Below, one piece after another: positions 9,896-19,555 of a DNA stretch of 64,000 nucleotides. Each line of letters opens with the position of its first letter. The first letter of the stretch is position 1. The notes under the pieces were generated by a model. The model made no database searches. It was given only the letters and a program-made list of their open reading frames with translations, and had not been told where the DNA came from. Source of the DNA: an uncultured archaeon (GTDB lineage Archaea; Asgardarchaeota; Thorarchaeia; Thorarchaeales; Thorarchaeaceae). The position numbers and the translations under genes are program-made. The DNA is taken from positions 20,473 to 84,472 of the forward strand of contig CAYWJO010000010.1 of NCBI GenBank assembly GCA_964458565.1, in the 5' to 3' direction.

Positions 9896-10864
9896 ATGGT
9901 GCTGCTTGATAATCTACCAAGAAATCAGCTCGATGCATTAGAAATTGTTCTTTCATCGAGTGACATGCAAATTCTAAAAGCCCTCTTCAATGCACAGTCT
10001 TCTATTCATAAATATCTAACCTGTGATGAATTGAATGCATACATATCGGATAAGGACGAAAAAGAAGTTACAAAAACTTGGATTTACCAATGCTTGAATA
10101 GTCTTGAGAATCGAGGTTTCATCCATGTTGACATTTTAGCAAACCCAAGAAAATACATGGCTTCAGCTGAAACTGTAAGTGTAGGACTTGATAAAGCTTT
10201 AAGAAAAAGAATGCGAGAAATAGATTACGAACTGGAAACCCTTGAGCAGAGTATCACAGAGCTGAAATCTTTAGATAGTACACTCGTAACATCCCGTTTC
10301 AAAAACATATTAACTGGACGGAGTGAGATAAAGGAGTATACAATTATTGTAACCTCAGACGATTTCCGAAAAGCTATTACCACACAACTTCTTGCGAATA
10401 CCAAGAAAGGTGATGTGCTTCATATTATTGATAGACCTGCACTTCTGAGAGATAGCATTGGTCAGAGTGGAATTGCTGAAAAAATGATAGTTGAGTTTGT
10501 GAATAAAGGAGGGATATTGAAAACCTTACTCCTTGTCAAAGATATACAATCTGAACTCGAAATGTTGTTGAATTTTTTGGGGAATATTAGAGATTCGTTT
10601 TTGGAGGGTCTGGCATCAAATAGAATGGAAATCAAGATATTGAATCACAGAGCCAACACGTACCGATTTCTATCCTTGAATAACGAGAAGATGATTTTGA
10701 TCCTCACAGACTCGATTTGTCCAGATAAAGCGATTCTATTTGATAGAGAGGACAATTCCATTTTATTCGATGATGCGTTAAAGAATTTTAATGAGCTGTT
10801 TGAGAAGGGCAAGAATATCTCAGAAATGATGATGAAAATGGACCAGGAGCCCTCATTGCCTTAG
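9896..10864 (+). CDS. TrmB-like regulator, copy 3
   Basis: TKTWIYQCLNSLENRGFI..NPRKY HTH, YRFLSLN; ATG at 9896 follows a GGGGG RBS and lies 1 nt after the upstream stop. Confidence 0.7.
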   Translation: MVLLDNLPRNQLDALEIVLSSSDMQILKALFNAQSSIHKYLTCDELNAYISDKDEKEVTKTWIYQCLNSLENRGFIHVDILANPRKYMASAETVSVGLDKALRKRMREIDYELETLEQSITELKSLDSTLVTSRFKNILTGRSEIKEYTIIVTSDDFRKAITTQLLANTKKGDVLHIIDRPALLRDSIGQSGIAEKMIVEFVNKGGILKTLLLVKDIQSELEMLLNFLGNIRDSFLEGLASNRMEIKILNHRANTYRFLSLNNEKMILILTDSICPDKAILFDREDNSILFDDALKNFNELFEKGKNISEMMMKMDQEPSLP

Positions 10865-11932
10865 TTATTGGTCGATTATCCAATCCTTAACTTTGGATAA
10901 ACTTAGAAAGATATCACTACATACTGCTTCAAAGTCTTCATAAGAGCCATATTCCCCTCCAGCGGCATACGGATGGCCCCCTCCATTGAACTGTTTTGCC
11001 ACAATGTTACAGAGAACCGTATCCTTACCTCTCCTTAGACCTAACATTCCACCCTGACTCAGAGTTATAACCAAATCAGCAACCGGTAATATGGTATCAT
11101 CGTCTAGCCTCAAATTTGATTCATCCGATAGAAATGTCCCTAAGTCAGTTGTTGTCACGCCATGTGGAAGTTCAACAATGCGAACTAAGCGATCGTGGAT
11201 GATTTCGTCACAATGTCCGCTCAAAGCTTTCCTCATTTTCTTCGATTTTTCTTTCCGATAATACTTGACTCTCTGATCTAGCAAACTATCTTTGAACCGT
11301 TTCGTTTCAGTATCCCAAAGACCAGACATTCCATCATCAGCGAGTTTGAATAGAAGGGGTTTGAGAATCTCAGTGAGGTCCTCTTTTCTATCCATGGCAT
11401 TGAATCGAAGAACAGAAAGAGCATCTGTCAAGGCACTTGCGGAATCAATTTCTCTGAGATTAAAATCAGTATCGTGAGCGATTGATGCAAGTTCAGAAGA
11501 TATTTCATCATTCGCCATGAGAACCTTATGTGATATTTCAGCTGCACAATGATCGTGATTCACCTTAAGGATAGGTTTGTTTCCTAGTGATTGAATTGCT
11601 GCTACTGCTTTCTTGGACCATTGATGATGATCTAGCCATACAATACGACATCCCTGAGAGATCGCTCGTTCCAAGGAGCTGATAATGAAATCAAGAACTA
11701 AATCATCCATTCCCAAATCTGTGATTATTATGAGCGTGTTTCGTCTCAAAGCAACTGCAGCGAATACATCTTGAAAATTCCCATAATCTGTCAGAATAAC
11801 ATCAAATTCGAGGCTTCGTGAGAGAGCGTAACGTCTTACAATAGCTGATGAAGCCAGGCCATCAACGTCTTTGTCATGGGAGATTGAAAGAAGAGAATCC
11901 ATCTTCCGTTTCAATGTTTTCTCAGTACTCAT
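10865..11932 (-). CDS. DHH/DHHA1 family phosphoesterase
   Basis: SHDKDVDGLASS, ITDLG, WLDHH, GGGHPYAAG. Confidence 0.9.
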   Translation of the reverse strand: MSTEKTLKRKMDSLLSISHDKDVDGLASSAIVRRYALSRSLEFDVILTDYGNFQDVFAAVALRRNTLIIITDLGMDDLVLDFIISSLERAISQGCRIVWLDHHQWSKKAVAAIQSLGNKPILKVNHDHCAAEISHKVLMANDEISSELASIAHDTDFNLREIDSASALTDALSVLRFNAMDRKEDLTEILKPLLFKLADDGMSGLWDTETKRFKDSLLDQRVKYYRKEKSKKMRKALSGHCDEIIHDRLVRIVELPHGVTTTDLGTFLSDESNLRLDDDTILPVADLVITLSQGGMLGLRRGKDTVLCNIVAKQFNGGGHPYAAGGEYGSYEDFEAVCSDIFLSLSKVKDWIIDQ

Positions 11933-12028
11933 TGTAGAAATTTCATGAAACAGCCCCTTTTTTTGTCTTGTCCTTAAGTACTATGTTTCGAAAGTGTTTT
12001 CTGGAAGGACATACGGCAATGACTTAGC

Positions 12029-13927
12029 ATGAATCCTCAGAGTAAAAGAGAAGAAAATGCTAAACTTCTCAGCGGAAATGAAGCTATCGCTTATGGAGCA
12101 ATGGAAGCTGGAGTAGCGTTTTGTACATCATACCCAGGAACACCTTCAACTGAAATCATGGAAACTCTAATGGTAAATGCGGAAGCTTTTGCTCTTTACA
12201 CAGAGTGGAGCACGAATGAAAAAGTAGCCCTCGAAGCATCAGCAGGTGCAAGTTGGATGGGTATACCAAGTATCTGTTCTATGAAATCACTTGGGCTTAA
12301 TGTTGCTGCAGATTTTCTATTAAATCTCAACCTATCTGGTTCCGGACCTGGTGGACTTGTAATAGTCGTATGTGATGATCCAAGGGGTCATAGTTCAAGC
12401 AATGAACAAGATTCGAGATTCTATGCAAAAGCAGCCAAACTACCCCTAATCGAACCCACTGATTGTCAAGAAGCAAAAGATGTCATGCCATTTGCATTCG
12501 AATTATCACGAAGACATCAGATTCCAATAATTGTCAGAAGCACTACGAGATTGAGTCATTCAAGAGGATTAGTACGTTTAGGGGATATCGAGAAACATAA
12601 AATCCAAGCAAATCCATCAATTCCGGATAATCTGTTCAACGTACCCAATCCGCACATCAAACACAAGGATTTAGATGAGAAACTCGGTGATGTTCTTCGT
12701 GAGTTTGAGAACTCAGAATTCAACTCATGCTCGGAGGAGGATGGTAGTAATTTAATCATCATTGCATCAGGTATTGGGTACAGGTATGCCATGGAAGCAA
12801 TTGAGATACTTGGTATTAACTCAACGAGAGTCGTTAAAATTGTAACAACATATCCGTTACCTGAGAAGATAATACAAGATTGGTGGAATGGTAATAAGAA
12901 AATACTCTTCATAGAAGAGATTGACCCATTCGTAGAAGAACAGGTTCTCGCGATCTTCGCTGAATTTGAGTGGTTAAATTCTGTAAAGGAGCCAGTTGAA
13001 TTCTATGGGAAGAGAAATGGTTTCGTGCCTTTCTATGGGGAATTGAATACGGATATAGTCGTCGACTCCATAGCTAAGGTCTTAGATATCCAAATGCCAT
13101 TCAGAGATGATGTTGGGAATGCACGGAAAGAAGCTAAAGACCTTTTGATTGAAAGACCACTTACGTTCTGTGCTGGTTGTACACATCGAAATGTCTACTA
13201 TGCAATCAAGAGAGTAAAACACAGATTGAAAGACAAAATCATAGTTGCCGGAGATATCGGATGTTATTCATTGGGAGTGTTTTATGATCAAACGATGGAT
13301 ACGATGCAAGCAATGGGATCAGGTATTGGAGTCGCAACAGGGTTGGGTCAACTTCAACGATTTGATCAAGATAACAAGATTCTCGCTGTGGCAGGTGATT
13401 CAACATTCTATCATTCCTGCATCCCGGGTCTTATCAATGCGAGACATAAGAATGCAGACCTCACCTTCTTGATACTTGATAACTCGACTACAGCCATGAC
13501 GGGTTTTCAAGAGCATCCAGGTTCAGCCACACAAAGTAAGAATTCCAAAATAGTAAGTATTGCTAAGATCGTGAAGGCAATCGAGCCGGATTTGTTTGAA
13601 GAGGTTAACAGTGAGGAAATAGATTCCTTAATTGACTCAATTCATAGGGCAGTAGATCAACCAGGGTTAAAGGTTTTACATCTGAAAGGAATTTGCAGAC
13701 TCGAAGCTGCTAGAAGTGAATCTATCATTAGGAAGGTAGAAATTGATACTGGTAATTGTAAAGGGTCAACATGCAAGATATGTGTGAGTGACTTTGGATG
13801 TACAGGATTACGATGGATAAATGAAGATGACAGGCCTGAAATCGTTGATCATATCTGCATCCATTGTGGAGCATGTATCTCAGTTTGTCCAAATAATGCA
13901 ATAAGACGAGAGGAGGGTATTCGTTGA
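12029..13927 (+). CDS. iorA: Indolepyruvate:ferredoxin oxidoreductase alpha subunit
   Basis: LSGNEAIA, YPGTPSTEI, NEKVALE, FCAGCTHR, GDIGCY, GDSTF, LDN..TAMTG, C-terminal ferredoxin Cys clusters. Confidence 0.92.
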   Translation: MNPQSKREENAKLLSGNEAIAYGAMEAGVAFCTSYPGTPSTEIMETLMVNAEAFALYTEWSTNEKVALEASAGASWMGIPSICSMKSLGLNVAADFLLNLNLSGSGPGGLVIVVCDDPRGHSSSNEQDSRFYAKAAKLPLIEPTDCQEAKDVMPFAFELSRRHQIPIIVRSTTRLSHSRGLVRLGDIEKHKIQANPSIPDNLFNVPNPHIKHKDLDEKLGDVLREFENSEFNSCSEEDGSNLIIIASGIGYRYAMEAIEILGINSTRVVKIVTTYPLPEKIIQDWWNGNKKILFIEEIDPFVEEQVLAIFAEFEWLNSVKEPVEFYGKRNGFVPFYGELNTDIVVDSIAKVLDIQMPFRDDVGNARKEAKDLLIERPLTFCAGCTHRNVYYAIKRVKHRLKDKIIVAGDIGCYSLGVFYDQTMDTMQAMGSGIGVATGLGQLQRFDQDNKILAVAGDSTFYHSCIPGLINARHKNADLTFLILDNSTTAMTGFQEHPGSATQSKNSKIVSIAKIVKAIEPDLFEEVNSEEIDSLIDSIHRAVDQPGLKVLHLKGICRLEAARSESIIRKVEIDTGNCKGSTCKICVSDFGCTGLRWINEDDRPEIVDHICIHCGACISVCPNNAIRREEGIR

Positions 13928-14526
13928 GTGAATACAACATTCTTATTGCAGGTGTAGGAGGTCAAGGAAACCTCCTTCTCGGGAGAGTCTTAGCAGATGC
14001 TGCTGCAGATGATGGATATCGCCCTGTTATCGGTGAAACCTTTGGTGCAAGCAGAAGAGGAGGAACAGTCTATACTCATCTACGAATTGCGAAAAGCGAT
14101 TTAGGACCTCTGATACCTAGAGGGCGTCTGGATTTGCTAGTAGGGCTTGAACCTTTGGAAGCATTGAGAGCGAGTGTGAAATTCGCAGGACTAAATACAA
14201 CTGCAATTGTTGCAATTGAACCGGTTCAGAGCACAATCAGTCAATCAGGGGAAGTCGACTACCCAGATGTGAAGACCATCATTGATCACCTGAGGAAATT
14301 GTGCGGGAGAGTGGAACCTATTAACACCAAGGAAATTCTACAAACAATTGGAACCTATAGGGTGTTAAACACTCTCATTCTTGGCATAATTTCTGAGATG
14401 GAAATTACGCCGCTAAGAAGGGAAACAATTCAGTCATCCCTGGATAAAACCATTGGATTTCGAGGATTGAACAAAGAAGCATTTCTCGCTGGTGTTGAAG
14501 TAGTTGTAAAATCCAATAAAATTTGA
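13924..14526 (+). CDS. iorB: Indolepyruvate:ferredoxin oxidoreductase beta subunit
   Basis: ILIAGVGGQG, ETFGASRRGGTV, GLEPLEALR; overlaps iorA stop. Confidence 0.9.
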   Translation: MSEYNILIAGVGGQGNLLLGRVLADAAADDGYRPVIGETFGASRRGGTVYTHLRIAKSDLGPLIPRGRLDLLVGLEPLEALRASVKFAGLNTTAIVAIEPVQSTISQSGEVDYPDVKTIIDHLRKLCGRVEPINTKEILQTIGTYRVLNTLILGIISEMEITPLRRETIQSSLDKTIGFRGLNKEAFLAGVEVVVKSNKI

Positions 14527-14531
14527 TGTTT

Positions 14532-15521
14532 TTACATCCATGTTTCAAGTGTATCCTGAACGATGAAGAACTGTTTCCAGAGCCCAACAAGGGTATCTAG
14601 TGTTGATTCTGTACGCGTATCACCTAAAACAGGAGCCAATAATCGACTCACTCTTGATGGAACTGGGGAATTCAATGATGTATCGATGTGACTAACAGTC
14701 AGGTAGTTACCGTAATCAAAGACCGCTCTGGCTGCTAGGAATTCAGATCGTTCCGAATACGAAAAGCCTCGAGCTTTCAAAAGTCCCTCAAGACCCCCGA
14801 ATCTTCTCAGGAGAACTACTCCTTTTCGGGGACCAATACCTGGCACGCCTTTTTTATGAAAATCACATCCGCATACTATTGCCAAATCTCGAAGCTCCTC
14901 GAGCTCTAAATCAATGACTTCCTGAATTCCTTGAAGAGTGACTTGCTCCATCTGGTTCTTTGACAATTGCAAACTGCGGATGACATGGGGACTTCCAAAG
15001 AGTATCGCATCCATGTCATTGGACGCCACAGAACCAACAAGCCCCTCACGGCACATAACAGCACACATCAACTCTGCTTCAGAGGATGCTGATACTACAG
15101 GAACACCAATTGAAGAGCATATATCCTTGAGATGTTGTGCCGCAAAGTAGGTTCTCAATGCAGGACTATTATTCAGAGGTTCAGCAATCTCTTGATTAAA
15201 TGGATCACCTTCTTTTTTGTACCAACGATAGAGACTGTTAGCGATATGAATCAGTTCTGGGTCTGCATCCCGCTTCAATGTTTCAGGCGGACCATCGAAT
15301 ACAAAGATAGGAATGATATGTTTCTTCAGAGACGTACGTATAAGACTTAACCCAATGGATACATGAGTCAGAGGTATACGTTCTCTAACACGTGTAACTC
15401 TGTTGATTGTTGACATTCTACGAATCATATAGTTGAACGCATCTATAGCAATTTTATTCATTGTCAATTCTGAAATATCAACCCAACGCCAAGGAATGAA
15501 GTCCCAACCCTTCACTCCCAA
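14532..15521 (-). CDS. FEN1/XPG-family 5' nuclease (divergent) with C-terminal PIP box
   Basis: MGVKG, IAIDA, FVFDG, SEAE, SNDMDAILFG, CGCDF, GVPGIGP; C-terminal QDTLETWM. Confidence 0.88.
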   Translation of the reverse strand: MGVKGWDFIPWRWVDISELTMNKIAIDAFNYMIRRMSTINRVTRVRERIPLTHVSIGLSLIRTSLKKHIIPIFVFDGPPETLKRDADPELIHIANSLYRWYKKEGDPFNQEIAEPLNNSPALRTYFAAQHLKDICSSIGVPVVSASSEAELMCAVMCREGLVGSVASNDMDAILFGSPHVIRSLQLSKNQMEQVTLQGIQEVIDLELEELRDLAIVCGCDFHKKGVPGIGPRKGVVLLRRFGGLEGLLKARGFSYSERSEFLAARAVFDYGNYLTVSHIDTSLNSPVPSRVSRLLAPVLGDTRTESTLDTLVGLWKQFFIVQDTLETWM

Positions 15522-15523
15522 TA

Positions 15524-16240
15524 CTAGAACCTCCGTAATGGTCGGATGCCAAACTCACCCATTCTTACCATGAGACTCTCAGGTTTTTTCAAAGTTGGTG
15601 ATCTTTCAATCTTAATCTGGAAAGTGTAACCGTGATTTTCAAAAGCGGTTATTCGAATCATGGAATCAATTGAGTGCTCCAGAACATTTCCCCCTACAGG
15701 TCGTGATGCACCAGTTATAGGATCTCGGGATGAATGGTCAGTGATTACAAGATGACTTGGAGAATCAATCATTGTTTCTCTTAGAGTTTCAAGCATGGAA
15801 AACAGGCGACGTTGCCTTTTCTTACTACTAGGAGGCAAATTGAGATTGAGAGCACCTGTAAGACTATCAAGCACAATTATCGAGTAATTTGTAGCAACAG
15901 ATGCAATAATTTCCTCAATATCATCCAAACCCATGACATTTGCTACCATCAATTTCTGTAATGCATCTTCATTAGCATCACCCATAAGGCGTCTTGCAAG
16001 TGTTGGTTTGAAGTTGGTTCCTGAATCAAGATACACAGTCAGTTTACCGGAACGAATACATCCAACTGCAATCTCATGAGAGAGAATTGTCATTGGTGAT
16101 CTCATTGGACCGTGAATAAGTGATATTTGTCCCGGGATGAGAACTGAACTAAACAAATCGTTTAGCTGCGGCGGGTAGAGTATTATTTCTGATTGCAAGT
16201 CAATTGAAAATTCATCAAGTGTCGTCATTTTGCTCTTCAA
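15524..16240 (-). CDS. RecA/RadA-fold paralog lacking Walker A Lys (probably inactive)
   Basis: PGQISLIHGPMRSPMT (degenerate P-loop), VYLDSGTNF, IIVLDSLT, PVGGNVLEHSID. Confidence 0.8.
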   Translation of the reverse strand: MKSKMTTLDEFSIDLQSEIILYPPQLNDLFSSVLIPGQISLIHGPMRSPMTILSHEIAVGCIRSGKLTVYLDSGTNFKPTLARRLMGDANEDALQKLMVANVMGLDDIEEIIASVATNYSIIVLDSLTGALNLNLPPSSKKRQRRLFSMLETLRETMIDSPSHLVITDHSSRDPITGASRPVGGNVLEHSIDSMIRITAFENHGYTFQIKIERSPTLKKPESLMVRMGEFGIRPLRRF

Positions 16241-17180
16241 CTCGTTTTATTGGTAATTTCCGCTCTAGGATGAGGCTTCGTAGTTCATTCGAATGCAAAC
16301 TTGCGGAGGTCAACCCTGTTGCAAGTTCCTTTGGGACAAGTGCAGAAATCCCAGGTTTTGATGGAAAAATGGTTGTTCCAGGAGCCCATGAATCAATCAA
16401 CAGACTGACTGAATTTGGATCTGTCATATATTCATAATCAGTGAAAGTTATGCCAAAACGGGCATCTATGAAAGGTAATGCAAGAATTGCTTTCGTAAGT
16501 GTATGTGAGCATACTTTCGGACAATGCGTTTCAGGTAATTCAAGAATGTTCACAACATCTTCGATTGGAACCAGACTTGTATCAACGACAAGAGCGTCCA
16601 TATCATTAAGATGAGTTAGAGAAACAGACCACTCAACTCGTTGCTGAAATATCTCAATGATGCTATTATGGGCCCCCAAGGGAATGTGTAGTGCCTTTAG
16701 TTTGCTCGCAAGTTGGTCTACATACACCCATAACTCATCATCACTGATAGAATCAATGCCTCTTGCGGCCATGGAAGTATCTAATGATAACTTGTGATTG
16801 AACCCCTCATTTAAGCGGACCACAATTTGGTTAGGGTTCCGTACAACTGCACACAAGATAGTTACAGACGCTGTACCGACAATCGAAAAAAGCAATCCAT
16901 TTTCTAAGCCTATGATGAAAACTGTTACACTCAAAAAAATAGTTGCAGTCCAACCAAGAACATTGGTAATCATTTTCACAGGTTCATTGAACATTGATGA
17001 TCCTGCAATTCGAAGTACACCGAGAGTGACTAGAAAGACTAGTATCAATGGTATATTATTTCCTAGTCTATAAGCAATTACAATAGAGTTTACAGAAGTG
17101 ATTAGCTGTGTCCCCAATGTGAGTGTAATTGCCCCAATTACTGCATACTTGGCTATACGAAAGATTGTTCCTCCGAACAT
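16215..17180 (-). CDS. Membrane protein, about 4 N-terminal TM helices plus soluble domain, unknown function
   Basis: Four hydrophobic segments in the first 112 aa; overlaps both neighbours. Confidence 0.75.
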   Translation of the reverse strand: MFGGTIFRIAKYAVIGAITLTLGTQLITSVNSIVIAYRLGNNIPLILVFLVTLGVLRIAGSSMFNEPVKMITNVLGWTATIFLSVTVFIIGLENGLLFSIVGTASVTILCAVVRNPNQIVVRLNEGFNHKLSLDTSMAARGIDSISDDELWVYVDQLASKLKALHIPLGAHNSIIEIFQQRVEWSVSLTHLNDMDALVVDTSLVPIEDVVNILELPETHCPKVCSHTLTKAILALPFIDARFGITFTDYEYMTDPNSVSLLIDSWAPGTTIFPSKPGISALVPKELATGLTSASLHSNELRSLILERKLPIKRVEEQNDDT

Positions 17181-17869
17181 TTCGAAACCCCCTTGATTGA
17201 TTCGCTGATAGCGAGGCGAGTGACTTTCGGTAGTCCGTCGCTTTTCAGAACCTGAATCGCTATCTGTGTATTATTTATTGTATCATTAATTTCAGTGCGA
17301 TAGCTTCCATGTGGACGAAGAAGTTGAAGGTCGATGTCAACCCATTTTCTAAGAGCATCATGGAAAACCGGTTTGGGCCCTTCAGAATCAAGAGTTCGAC
17401 ATTCACTAGTGCACAGAATTGATATTTTTCTTGAGGTGACAAGTCCAGCTAAATATGGAAGGACATCTTCAACCATCTCTCGTCCCCAGAGCAGAGGGTC
17501 ACGTCGAGCCATATCAAGGACTCGAGTAATTGTGTCAATTATTACAAGAGATGTCGTATCATCTATCTCGCTCTTGAGGTTAGTTATGGCATCATACGTT
17601 TCTGAACTTCCCTTTGTGAGAATTATCACGATGTTTGAAGAATTACCATTATATAGTGCAACTAAATCCCTTAAGCGCTGAATGAAGTTTACTTTGAAAT
17701 CAGTGCATATCCAGATTACATGCGAGTTTCTACTTTTTATTGCAGCTGCTTGCATGGCTAACAAAGTTTTTCCTGAACCTGAAGCACCCCATAGATGAAT
17801 AAATCCTTGAACACCTAAATATTTCAATAAATCTGATTCTTGAGATAGAGAAGAATCAGAGTTTCGCAT
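17153..17869 (-). CDS. RadB-like RecA-family ATPase
   Basis: IHLWGASGSGKT, VIWICTD, LVIIDTIT; no N-terminal HhH domain. Confidence 0.85.
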   Translation of the reverse strand: MRNSDSSLSQESDLLKYLGVQGFIHLWGASGSGKTLLAMQAAAIKSRNSHVIWICTDFKVNFIQRLRDLVALYNGNSSNIVIILTKGSSETYDAITNLKSEIDDTTSLVIIDTITRVLDMARRDPLLWGREMVEDVLPYLAGLVTSRKISILCTSECRTLDSEGPKPVFHDALRKWVDIDLQLLRPHGSYRTEINDTINNTQIAIQVLKSDGLPKVTRLAISESIKGVSKCSEEQSFV

Positions 17870-17875
17870 CAGAAT

Positions 17876-19555
17876 CTATTCCTCCTCTGATTTCTCAACC
17901 TTGTCTTTAATCTCTTGCAGATGGATCTCGGTTTTCATCTTTATAACATCATCAGCAATCAAATCAGTTTGAATAGTTTCTCTTGCTTTACGATGGCGTC
18001 GCGGAATAGTTTCTGGTTCCCTAGGAGTTGATTCTGAAGTCGTGTCTTCTGAAGTTCTGACGACATCTTGTGTTGAGTCTGCTATAATTGAAATTTCTTC
18101 TAATCCATCTTCTTCATTTGAATCAGTCAAATCCTGAAGAACAGAATCATATTCTCCCTTGATTTCCTCGTCGGACTCGGGGTCAGGTTCTTCTACCGTT
18201 GGGGAATATTCCGCTTCAGGAATTGACTCGGCTAAAGCATCAGTGAGCTCTTCACTAACATGGTGCATACTCCAATTATTGAGCACATCATCAACTGTGT
18301 CCTTGACTTGGGGGCTTAGAACCCCCGAGTTAAAGAGGACTAGGCTTAAACTAGTCAGATGTGTCACTACCTCATCTCCAGAAAGTGCCGCTTCAGTGTG
18401 TCCAGTCAGGGCAGAGTATGCTAGAGCAAGAGATTCTTCCTCACCATCCTCGAAATTCACTTCTAGGAACTGGAACAACCCTAGAAATTTGGACAACCCC
18501 TTATCAGCTGTGAAAGGAGTATCTTTAGGTGGATGTAGTCCAGGGGAGAGACGAACACATTCATCTAAAACAATAGAAGCATAATGTACTGATTCGTTTA
18601 CATCTCCGTTAGAGATAGACTCTACCGAAGCCCCAAAAAGTGTTGGAATAACGAAATTCAATTCATTGATAACATTTAGTTGCTCCTTGTTTTGATGTAC
18701 GGTTTCCTCAATCCGTTTCAAATCACCGATACCAGACAACTGCATAGATTCAGCTTCTCTTGATTCTTTGAAAATCTCAATTTGTCTCTTGGATATATAC
18801 GAAAAATATGCTGTAAGTATAACTGATGCGAGAAGTGTAATTCCAGCAATTGGAATTAGCCATGATTGTTCCAAGATTGCAAATAATATGGAAATAGTAG
18901 CGAGTAAAGTTAGAGAGATTCCTAGTAGTGAATAAAAGCTCATCAGCGTGGCTTTCTGAAGTGAGTCCCATTTCTCTGTATCAATCCCTTGTTTTAATTC
19001 AGGAAGTCTAGAACGAGCATCACTTGAACGAGCAATTGCGAATTCATTTATTGAGAGAATACGGTTCCCCTCGGTAATCCAAGAAAGGTCGTATGATGGA
19101 CGGACATCATTTGTAACAACATATACTGTACGGGTTTCATGAATCAAAGAGGTCTTGTTCTTTTTTAGAGCTGCTTTGCTGGGAGCTAACAGGCGTAATG
19201 GAATTTTACCCCATACGGTCCGAATTGATTTCTCAACGAGTTGATCGTTTAATGATAGCTCATTCATGATTGACTCCAAAGGTCGATTAATGACATCCAG
19301 GACATGGGATTTCATACCTGCAGGACTTTTCCCAAATTTGGCACTTCTAAGATCTAGTACATGTACAACCTCAACATGAACTCCTCTTGTATCAGGAATT
19401 CCAGAGAATCTTATACCTATGCTAATTCCATTCTCCTTTTTTAATGTGTGATGACCACTTCGGTCTAGGATTCGTATGATATCATAGTCCTTGGCAGTTG
19501 TTGTGTCTGTATCTTCTATTTCAGTATGAGTTGTTTTTTCCTCACTCGCAACCAT
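17876..19555 (-). CDS. Membrane protein with central TM hairpin and acidic disordered C-terminus, unknown function
   Basis: Two TM segments at about aa 203-253; E/D-rich tail. Confidence 0.75.
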   Translation of the reverse strand: MVASEEKTTHTEIEDTDTTTAKDYDIIRILDRSGHHTLKKENGISIGIRFSGIPDTRGVHVEVVHVLDLRSAKFGKSPAGMKSHVLDVINRPLESIMNELSLNDQLVEKSIRTVWGKIPLRLLAPSKAALKKNKTSLIHETRTVYVVTNDVRPSYDLSWITEGNRILSINEFAIARSSDARSRLPELKQGIDTEKWDSLQKATLMSFYSLLGISLTLLATISILFAILEQSWLIPIAGITLLASVILTAYFSYISKRQIEIFKESREAESMQLSGIGDLKRIEETVHQNKEQLNVINELNFVIPTLFGASVESISNGDVNESVHYASIVLDECVRLSPGLHPPKDTPFTADKGLSKFLGLFQFLEVNFEDGEEESLALAYSALTGHTEAALSGDEVVTHLTSLSLVLFNSGVLSPQVKDTVDDVLNNWSMHHVSEELTDALAESIPEAEYSPTVEEPDPESDEEIKGEYDSVLQDLTDSNEEDGLEEISIIADSTQDVVRTSEDTTSESTPREPETIPRRHRKARETIQTDLIADDVIKMKTEIHLQEIKDKVEKSEEE

